Positions 53,741 through 64,000 of a stretch of DNA of 64,000 bases are shown here, in pieces (the stretch's first letter is position 1; each line of letters begins with the position of its first letter). Source of the DNA: the human T2T-CHM13v2.0 reference genome, Homo sapiens. The position numbers and the translations under genes were made by a program. The stretch lies in assembly GCF_009914755.1 (NCBI RefSeq), contig NC_060948.1, one strand, 5' to 3'. The notes under the pieces were generated by a model. It ran no database searches and was not told the DNA's origin. It was given only the letters and a program-made list of their open reading frames with translations.

Positions 53741-56700
53741 AGGCCTGGAATAAAGTGGAATGCTACGGTCTCGAATGGAATAAAAATATATGGAATGGAA
53801 TGCAATGAAACGGAATCGAATGTCATAGAATGTAATGGAATGCAAAAAAATGGAATCCAAAATCATTGACTGGAAAGGCTGGGTGTCGAAAGGAATTGAC
53901 TCCAATGGAATGGAATCGAATGGAATGGAAGTGAATAGAATCGAACTAAATCGAATGGAATGGAATTGATAGGAACGGAATGGAAAGGAATGCAATGATT
54001 TGGCATGGAATGGAATCGAATGGCATCGAATGGAATGGAATGGAATGCAATGGAATGGAATGTATTAGAATGTAATGAACTTTAATGGAATGTACTCGAA
54101 TGGATTCGACTGGAATGGAATGTTCTGGAAGTGAATGGACTCCAATGGAATGGATTCAAAAGGAATGGAATTGTACGGAATGGAATCTAATGGAATGGAA
54201 TTAAATGGAAATGAATCAAATTGAATAGCACGGAATTGAATTGAATGGAATGGAATGCAATGGAATCTAATGAAACGGAAAGGAAAGGAATGGAATGGAA
54301 TGGAATGGACTGGAATGGAAAGGAATCGAAACGAATGGAATGAAATCGAACTGAAGAGACTGGAATGGAATGCACTGGAATGGAAGGGAGTGTAATGGAA
54401 GGTTCTCGAAAAAAATGGAATGGAATGGAATGGAATTGAATGGAACGGAATAGAGTCGAATGGAATTGAATGGAATGGAATGGACTAGAGTGAAATGGAA
54501 TCGAACCACAAGGAATGGACAGGAATAGAATGGTCTCGAATTGAATGGAATCGTATGGAATGGCATCAAACGGAATGGAATGGACAGCCACGGAATGGAA
54601 TGCACTCGAATGCAATGGAGTCGAAACTAATGGAATGGAATAGAATGGACTCGACTGGTACGGACTCCAATGGAATGGAATCGAATGGAAGGGAATCGAA
54701 CGGAATGGACTCGAAGGGAAAAGACTGCAATGGAAAGGTCTCGAATGGAATGGAAATTAATGGAATGGAATGGAATCGAATGAAATGGAGTCAAAAGGAA
54801 TGGAATCGAATGGCAAGAAATCGAATGTAATGGAATCGCAAGGAATTGATGTGAACGGAACGGAATGGAATGGAATCCAAAGGAATGGAATAGAATGGAA
54901 TGGAATCGAATGGAAAGGACTCGAATGGAAATCACTCGAATAGAATGCAATTTAATAATATAGGATCAAATGTAATTGAATGGAATGGAAAGGAATCGAA
55001 ACGAAAGGAATGGAGACAGATGGAATGGAATGGAACAGAGAGCAATGGTATAGAATGGAATGGAATCATCTGGAAAGGAATTGAATGGAATGGAATAATA
55101 TGAAATGGAATGGAATGGAATGGAATGGAATGCCCTTGAATTAAATGGACTGGAATGGAATGGACTCGAACAGAGTGGAATGGAAAGTGTTGAGATAGAA
55201 TGGAATGGACTCCTTTAGAATGGTGTAGTATGCAATGCAATCGACTGGCAGGGAATCAAAAGGAATGTAATCGAATGGATTGGACTGGAATGCAATGGAC
55301 TCGAATAGATTGCAAACGGAATGCAAAGGAATGGAATGGAATAGTATGGAATGGAATGGAAAGGAATGGAGTGGAATAGACTAGAGTGGAATGGAATGGA
55401 CTGGAAAGAAATGGACTGGAATGGAACTTTCTTGAATGGACTGGAATCAAACGGAATGGAATGCAATGCAATCAAATGGCATGGAATAAAATAGAATGAA
55501 AGAGAATCAAATGGAATTGAATCGAATGCAATCGAATGGATTGGAAAGGAATAGAATGGAATGGAATGGAATTGACTCAAATGGAATGGACTAGAATGGA
55601 ATGGATTCGAATGGAAGGCAAAGGAATGGAATCTATTGGAATGGACTGTAATGGAATGGAATGGAAGGGATTGGAATGGACTCGAATGCAATGGACTGCA
55701 ATAGAAAGGATTCGAATGGAATGAAAAAGAATTGAATGGAATAGAACAGAATGGAATCAAATCGAATGAAATGGAATGGAATAGAAAGGAATGGAATGAA
55801 ATGGAATGGAAAGGATTCGAATGGAATGCAATCGAATGGAATGGAGTCGTACGGAATGGAATAAAATGGAAGAAAACTGGCAAGAAATGGAATCGAAATG
55901 AATGGAGTGTTATGGAACGGACTCAAAAGGAATTGAATGTAATAGAATGGAGTGGAGTGGACTCGAATATAATGGACTGGAATGGAATGAAATCACATGG
56001 AATGGGAACGAATGGAATGGAATGGAAAGGAATGGAATCGAATGGAAAGGAATCGAATGGAAGGGAATGAAATTGAATCAACAGGAATGGAAGGGAATAG
56101 AATAGACGGTAATGGAATGGACTCGAATAGAATGGACACGAATGCTCAAATTGAATGGACTCGAATGGAATGGAAACGAAAGGAATGTCATCGAATGGAA
56201 TTGAATCGATTGGAATGAAATCGCATAGAATGGAGTGGAATCAAATGGAATTGAATCGAAAGGAAAGGAAGCGAATGGACTGAAATGAAATGGAATGGAA
56301 TTGAATGGAAAGTAATGCAATGGAATAGAATGGAACGAAATTTCACGGAATGGAATCAAACTGAATGGAATCAAATCAATGGAATCTAATCAAATGGAAT
56401 GGAAAGGAATTGAATGGAGTAGATTGGATTGGATGGGATTGGAATGAAATGTACTGGAAAGGACTCGAATTTCATGAAACGGAATGGAATGAATTGGAAC
56501 GGAATGGACTCGAATGGAATGGAATGTCATGGAATGGCATCAAATGGAATGGCATCAAATGGAATGGAATCGAATGCAATGGAATGCTATGGAATGGAAT
56601 GGAATGCATTGGAATGGAATGTCCTCTAATGGAATGGATTCGAGTGGAATGGAATCGAATATAATGGAGTCGAATGAAATGGAATTGAAAGGAATGGGAT

Positions 56701-57289
56701 CGAATACAATGGAATATACTGGAATGTAATGTAATGAACTAAAATGTAATTGACTGGAATGGAATGTACATGAATGGAATGTAATCGAATGGAAAGTAAT
56801 CCAATGGAATAGAATCTAATGCAATAAAATCGACTCAGATAGAGTAGAATGTAATGGAATGGAGTGCAGTGCAATGGAATGGAATGGAATGGAATGGAAT
56901 GGAATGGAATGGAATGGAATGGAATGGGATGGAATGGTATGGAATGGACAGTAATGGACTGGAGTGAAATGGACTGGAAAGGAATGGACTCAAATTGAAA
57001 GGGCTCGAAAGGAATAGAGACAAATGGAATGGTCTGGAATGGAAAGAACACGAAAGTAATGCAATCCAATAGAATGGAGTCGAATGGCATGGAATATAAA
57101 GAAATGGAATCGAAGAGAATGGAAACAAATGGAATGGAATTGAATGGAATGGAATTGAATGGAATGGGAACGAATGGAGTGAAATTGTATGCAGTAGAAG
57201 AGAATAGAATGGAATGCAAGCGAAAGGAAAGGAATGGATTGGAATGGAATGGAATTCATTGGAATGGAAGGGAATGTAGTGTAATGGAC
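53741..57289 (+). repeat. DYZ1 unit U16, 3,549 bp
   Basis: Variable tract collapsed to pure (GGAAT)10 at 56876-56925. Confidence 0.9.
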
Positions 57290-60200
57290 AGGCCTGGAAT
57301 AAAGTGGAATGCTACGGTCTCGAATGGAATAAAAATGTATGGAATGGAATGCAATGAAACGGAATCGAATGTCATAGAATGTAATGGAATGCAAAAAAAT
57401 GGAATCCAAAATCATTGACTGGAAAGGCTGGGTGTCGAAAGGAATTGACTCCAATGGAATGGAATCGAATGGAATGGAAGTGAATAGAATCGAACTAAAT
57501 CGAATGGAATGGAATTGATAGGAACGGAATGGAAAGGAATGCAATGATTTGGCATGGAATGGAATCGAATGGCATCGAATGGAATGGAATGGAATGCAAT
57601 GGAATGGAATGTATTAGAATGTAATGAACTTTAATGGAATGTACTCGAATGGATTCGACTGGAATGGAATGTTCTGGAAGTGAATGGACTCCAATGGAAT
57701 GGATTCAAAAGGAATGGAATCGTACGGAATGGAATCTAATGGAATGGAATTAAATGGAAATGAATCAAATTGAATAGCACGGAATTGAATTGAATGGAAT
57801 GGAATGCAATGAAATCTAATGAAACGGAAAGGAAAGGAATGGAATGGAATGGAATGGGCTGGAATGGAAAGGAATCGAAACGAATGGAATGGAATCGAAC
57901 TGAAGAGACTGGAATGGAATGCACTGGAATGGAAGGGAGTGTAATGGAAGGTTCTCGAAAAAAATGGAATCGAATGGAATGGAATTGAATGGAACGGAAT
58001 AGAGTCGAATGGAATTGAATGGAATGGAATGGACTAGAGTGAAATGGAATCGAACCACCAGGAATGGACAGGAATAGAATGGTCTCGAATTGAATGGGAT
58101 CGTATGGAATGGCATCAAACGGAATGGAATGGACAGCCACGGAATGGAATGCACTCGAATGCAATGGAGTCGAAACTAATGGACTGGAATAGAATGGACT
58201 CGACTGGTACGGACTCCAATGGAATGGAATCGAATGGAAGGGAATCGAACGGAATGGACTCGAAGGGAAAAGACTGCAATGGAAAGGTCTCGAATGGAAT
58301 GGAAATTAATGGAATGGAATGGAATCGAATGAAATGGAGGCAAAAGGAATGGAATCCAATGGCAAGAAATCGAATGTAATGGAATCGCAAGGAATTGATG
58401 TGAACGGAACGGAATGGAATGGAATCCAAAGGAATGGAATAGAATGGAATGGAATCGAATGGAAAGGACTCGAATGGAAATCACTCGAATAGAATGCAAT
58501 TTAATAAAATAGGATCAAATGTAATGGAATGGAATGGAAAGGAATCGAAACGAAAGGAATGGAGACAGATGGAATGGAATAGAACAGAGAGCAATGGTAT
58601 AGAATGGAATGGAATCATCTGGAATGGAATTGAATGGAATGGAATAATATGAAATGGAATGGAATGGAATGGAATGGAATGGAATGCCCTTGAATTAAAT
58701 GGACTGGAATGGAATGGACTCGAACAGAGTGGAATGGAAAGTGTTGAGATAGAATGGAATGGACTCCTTTGGAATGGTGTAGTATGCAATGCAATCGACT
58801 GGCAGGGAATCAAAAGGAATGTAATCGAATGGATTGGACTGGAATGCAATGGACTCGAATAGATTGGAAACGGAATGCAAAGGAATGGAATGGAATAGTA
58901 TGGAATGGAATGGAAAGGAATGGAGTGGAATAGAATAGAGTGGAATGGAATGGACTGGAAAGCAATGGACTGGAATGGAACTTTCTTGAATGGACTGGAA
59001 TCAAACGGAATGGAATGCAATGCAATCAAATGGCATGGAATAAAATAGAATGAAAGAGAATCAAATGGAATTGAATCGAATGGAATCGAATGGATTGGAA
59101 AGGAATAGAATGGAATGGAATGGAATTGACTCAAATGGAATGGACTAGAATGGAATGGATTCGAATGGAAGGCAAAGGAATGGAATCTATTGGAATGGAC
59201 TGTAATGGAATGGAATGGAAGGGATTGGAATGGACTCGAATGGAATGGACTGCAATAGAAAGGATTCGAATGGAATGAAAAAGAATTGAATGGAATAGAA
59301 CAGAATGGAATCAAATCGAATGAAATGGAATGGAATAGAAAGGAATGGAATGAAATGGAATGGAAAGGATTCGAATGGAATGCAATCGAATGGAATGGAA
59401 TCGAACGGAATGGAATAAAATGGAAGAAAACTGGCAAGAAATGGAATCGAAATGAATGGAGTGTTATGGAACGGACTCAAAAGGAATTGAATGTAATAGA
59501 ATGGAGTGGAGTGGACTCGAATATAATGGACTGGAATGGAATGAAATCACATGGAATGGGAACGAATGGAATGGAATGGAAAGGAATGGAATCGAATGGA
59601 AAGGAATCGAATGGAAGGGAATGAAATTGAATCAACACGAATGGAAGGGAATAGAATAGACGGTAATGGAATGGACTCGAATAGAATGGACAGGAATGCT
59701 CAAATTGAATGGACTCGAATGGAATGGAAACGAAAGGAATGTCATCGAATGGAATTGAATCGATTGGAATGAAATCGTATAGAATGGAGTGGAATCAAAT
59801 GGAATTGAATCGAAAGGAAAGGAAGCAAATGGACTGAAATGAAATGGAATGGAATTGAATGGAAAGTTATGTAATGGAATAGAATGGAACGAAATTTCAC
59901 GGAATGGAATCAAACTGAATGGAATCAAATCAATGGAATCAAATCAAATGGAATGGATAGGAATTGAATGGAGTAGATTGGATTGGATGGGATTGGAATG
60001 AAATGTACTGGAAAGGACTCGAATTTCATGAAACGGAATGGAATGAATTGGAACGGAACGGACTCGAATGGAGTGGAATGTCATGGAATGGCATCAAATG
60101 GAATGGCATCAAATGGAATGGAATCGAATGCAATGGAATGCTATGGAATGGAATGGAATGCATTGGAATGGAATGTCCTCTAATGGAATGGATTCGAGTG

Positions 60201-60863
60201 GAATGGAATCGAATATAATGGAGTCGAATGAAATGGAATTGAAAGGAATGGGATCGAATACAATGGAATATACTGGAATGTAATGTAATGAACTCGAATG
60301 TAATTGACTGGAATGGAATGTACATGAATGGAATGTAATCGAATGGAAAGTAATCCAATGGAATAGAATCTAATGCAATAAAATCGACTCAGATAGAGTA
60401 GAATGTAATGGAATGGAGTGCAGTGCAATGGAATGGAAAGGAATGGAATGCAATGGAATGGAATGGAATGGAATGGAATGGAATGGAATGGAATGGAATG
60501 GAATGGAATGGTGTGGAATGGATAGTAATGGACTGGAGTGAAATGGACTGGAAAGGAATGGACTCAAATTGAAAGGGCTCGAAAGGAATGGAGTCAAATG
60601 GAATGGTCTGGAATGGAATGAACACGAATGTAATGCAATCCAATAGAATGGAATCGAATGGCATGGAATATAAAGAAATGGAATCGAAGAGAATGGAAAC
60701 AAATGGAATGGAATTGAGTGGAATGGAATTGAATGGAATGGGAACGAATGGAGTGAAATTGTATGCAGTAGAAGAGAATAGAATGGAATGCAAGCGAAAG
60801 GAAAGGAATGGATTGGAATGGAATGGAATTCATTGGAATGGAAGGGAATGTAGTGTAATGGAC
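57290..60863 (+). repeat. DYZ1 unit U17, 3,574 bp
   Basis: +5 at ~58660 and +5 in the variable tract. Confidence 0.9.
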
Positions 60864-63800
60864 AGGCCTGGAATAAAGTGGAATGCTACGGTCTCGAATG
60901 GAATAAAAATGTATGGAATGGAATGCAATGAAACGGAATCGAATGTCATAGAATGTAATGGAATGCAAAAAAATGGAATCCAAAATCATTGACTGGAAAG
61001 GCTGGGTGTCGAAAGGAATTGACTCCAATGGAATGGAATCGAATGGAATGGAAGTGAATAGAATCGAACTAAATCGAATGGAATGGAATTGATAGGAACG
61101 GAATGGAAAGGAATGCAATGATTTGGCATGGAATGGAATCGAATGGCATCGAATGGAATGGAATGGAATGCAATGGAATGGAATGTATTAGAATGAAATG
61201 AACTTTAATGGAATGTACTCGAATGGATTCGACTGGAATGGAATGTTCTGGAAGTGAATGGACTCCAATGGAATGGATTCAAAAGGAATGGAATCGTACG
61301 GAATGGAATCTAATGGAATGGAATTAAATGGAAATGAATCAAATTGAATAGCACGGAATTGAATTGAATGGAATGGAATGCAATGGAATCTAATGAAACG
61401 GAAAGGAAAGGAATGGAATGGAATGGAATGGACTGGAATGGAAAGGAATCGAAACGAATGGAATGGAATCGAACTGAAGAGACTGGAATGGAATGCACTG
61501 GAATGGAAGGGAGTGTAATGGAAGGTTCTCGAAAAAAATGGAATCGAATGGAATGGAATTGAATGGAACGGAATAGAGTCGAATGGAATTGAATGGAATG
61601 GAATGGACTAGAGTGAAATGGAATCGAACCACAAGGAATGGACATGAATAGAATGGTCTCGAATTGAATGGAATCGTATGGAATGGCATCAAACGGAATG
61701 GAATGGACAGCCACGGAATGGAATGCACTCGAATGCAATGGAGTCGAAACTAATGGACTGGAATAGAATGGACTTGACTGGTACGGACTCCAATGGAATG
61801 GAATCGAATGGAAGGGAATCGAACGGAATGGACTCGAAGGGAAAAGACTGCAATGGAAAGGTCTCGAATGGAATGGAAATTAATGGAATGGAATGGAATC
61901 GAATGAAATGGAGTCAAAAGGAATGGAATCGAATGGCAAGAAATCGAATGTAATGGAATCACAAGGAATTGATGTGAACGGAACGGAATGGAATGGAATC
62001 CAAAGGAATGGAATAGAATGGAATGGAATCGAATGGAAAGGACTCGAATGGAAATCACTCGAATAGAATGCAATTTAATAAAATAGGATCAAATGTAATG
62101 GAATGGAATGGAAGGGAATCGAAACGAAAGGAATGGAGACAGATGGAATGGAATGGAAGAGAGAGCAATGGTATAGAATGGAATGGAATCATCTGGAATG
62201 GAATTGAATGGAATGGAATAATATGAAATGGAATGGAATGGAATGGAATGGAATGCCCTTGAATTAAATGGACTGGAATGGAATGGACTCGAACAGAGTG
62301 GAATGGAAAGTGTTGAGATAGAATGGAATGGACTCCTTTGGAATGGTGTAGTATGCAATGCAATCGACTGGCAGGGAATCAAAAGGAATGTAATGGAATG
62401 GATTGGACTGGAATGCAATGGACTCGAATAGATTGGAAACGGAATGCAAAGGAATGGAATGGAATAGTATGGAATGGAATGGAAAGGAATGGAGTGGAAT
62501 AGACTAGAGTGGAATGGAATGGACTGGAAAGCAATGGACTGGAATGGAACTTTCTTGAATGGACTGGAATCAAACGGAATGGAATGCAATGCAATCAAAT
62601 GGCATGGAATAAAATAGAATGAAAGAGAATCAAATGGAATTGAATCGAATGGAATCGAATGGATTGGAAAGGAATAGAATGGAATGGAATGGAATTGACT
62701 CAAATGGAATGGACTAGAATGGAATGGATTCGAATGGAAGGCAAAGGAATGGAATCTATTGGAATGGACTGTAATGGAATGGAATGGAAGGGATTGGAAT
62801 GGACTCGAATGGAATGGACTGCAATAGAAAGGATTCGAATGGAATGAAAAAGAATTGAATGGAATAGAACAGAATGGAATCAAATCGAATGAAATGGAAT
62901 GGAATAGAAAGGAATGGAATGAAATGGAATGGAAAGGATTCGAATGGAATGCAATCGAATGGAATGGAATCGAACGGAATGGAATAAAATGGAAGAAAAC
63001 TGGCAAGAAATGGAATCGAAATGAATGGAGTGTTATGGAACGGACTCAAAAGGAATTGAATGTAATAGAATGGAGTGGAGTGGACTCGAATATAATGGAC
63101 TGGAATGGAATGAAATCACATGGAATGGGAACGAATGGAATGGAATGGAAAGGAATGGAATCGAATGGAAAGGAATCGAATGGAAGGGAATGAAATTGAA
63201 TCAACACGAATGGAAGGGAATAGAATAGACGGTAATGGAATGGACTCGAATAGAATGGACAGGAATGCTCAAATTGAATGGACTCGAATGGAATGGAAAC
63301 GAAAGGAATGTCATCGAATGGAATTGAATCGATTGGAATGAAATCGTATAGAATGGAGTGGAATCAAATGGAATTGAATCGAAAGGAAAGGAAGCAAATG
63401 GACTGAAATGAAATGGAATGGAATTGAATGGAAAGTTATGTAATGGAATAGAATGGAACGAAATTTCACGGAATGGAATCAAACTGAATGGAATCAAATC
63501 AATGGAATCAAATCAAATGGAATGGATAGGAATTGAATGGAGTAGATTGGATTGGATGGGATTGGAATGAAATGTACTGGAAAGGACTCGAATTTCATGA
63601 AACGGAATGGAATGAATTGGAACGGAACGGACTGGAATGGAGTGGAATGTCATGGAATGGCATCAAATGGAATGGCATCAAATGGAATGGAATCGAATGC
63701 AATGGAATGCTATGGAATGGAATGGAATGCATTGGAATGGAATGTCCTCTAATGGAATGGATTCGAGTGGAATGGAATCGAATATAATGGAGTCGAATGA

Positions 63801-64000
63801 AATGGAATTGAAAGGAATGGGATCGAATACAATGGAATATACTGGAATGTAATGTAATGAACTCGAATGTAATTGACTGGAATGGAATGTACATGAATGG
63901 AATGTAATCGAATGGAAAGTAATCCAATGGAATAGAATCTAATGCAATAAAATCGACTCAGATAGAGTAGAATGTAATGGAATGGAGTGCAGTGCAATGG
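60864..64000 (+). repeat. DYZ1 unit U18 (truncated by the window end)
   Basis: StuI at 60864; its 3' part shares private variants with U17. Confidence 0.9.

Larger units (their letters stand above)
1..64000 (+). repeat. DYZ1: Human satellite 3 array, DYZ1-type (Yq12 heterochromatin), ~18 tandem ~3.56-kb units, GGAAT strand on +
   Basis: Continuous diverged GGAAT pentamers (ggaat/cgaat/tgaat/gcaat/ggact). Unique landmarks such as gacaggcctgg, ggctgggtgtcg and gactcagatagagtag recur every 3,524-3,593 bp. One conserved EcoRI and one HaeIII site per unit and a 3,564-bp base length match the known DYZ1 monomer. The chromosome assignment rests on recognition, not a database search. Confidence 0.95.

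Noticed and set aside
1-64000. CRISPR-like or other repeat-spacer system
   Set aside because: There are no unique spacers and no associated genes; the whole unit is repeated, as in a eukaryotic satellite.
1-64000. DYZ2 (HSat1B/Alu) block, transposon insertion or strand inversion
   Set aside because: No AT-rich or Alu segment and no switch to CATTC on the + strand. Unit-length accounting leaves no room for an insertion.
1-64000. HSat2 or a chromosome 9-type HSat3 identity
   Set aside because: It lacks the HSat2 ATCATCGAATGG/GATGAT pattern, and the 3,564-bp EcoRI/HaeIII period fits DYZ1.
1-64000. Yq12 non-coding or testis transcripts reported from DYZ1
   Set aside because: Plausible from prior knowledge, but no transcript boundaries, promoter or splice sites can be supported from this sequence alone.

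Overview
The whole 64 kb is one uninterrupted, single-orientation array of (GGAAT)n-derived human satellite 3. It is organised as about 18 head-to-tail copies of a ~3.56-kb unit, each with one conserved EcoRI site and one StuI/HaeIII site. This matches the Y-chromosome Yq12 DYZ1 repeat (classic monomer 3,564 bp; unit 12 here is exactly 3,564 bp). I see no genes, RNA genes, transposons, DYZ2 blocks or inversions, and the ORF track is an artefact of pentamer periodicity. Numbering units from the StuI site (U1=383 to U18=60864), the 17 complete units are 3,524-3,593 bp, and every length difference is explained by a small set of indels. Shared variants show a layered history: an A-B-C trimer arrangement (10,626-bp offset), a recent 7,073-bp dimer duplication, chimeric units, a monomer triplication and a more mosaic right-hand domain. 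The most interesting functional-looking signal is three perfect heat-shock elements (nGAAnnTTCnnGAAn) per unit, apparently retained in all units. I found no evidence of a new coding system. All comparisons were made by eye, not by alignment software.
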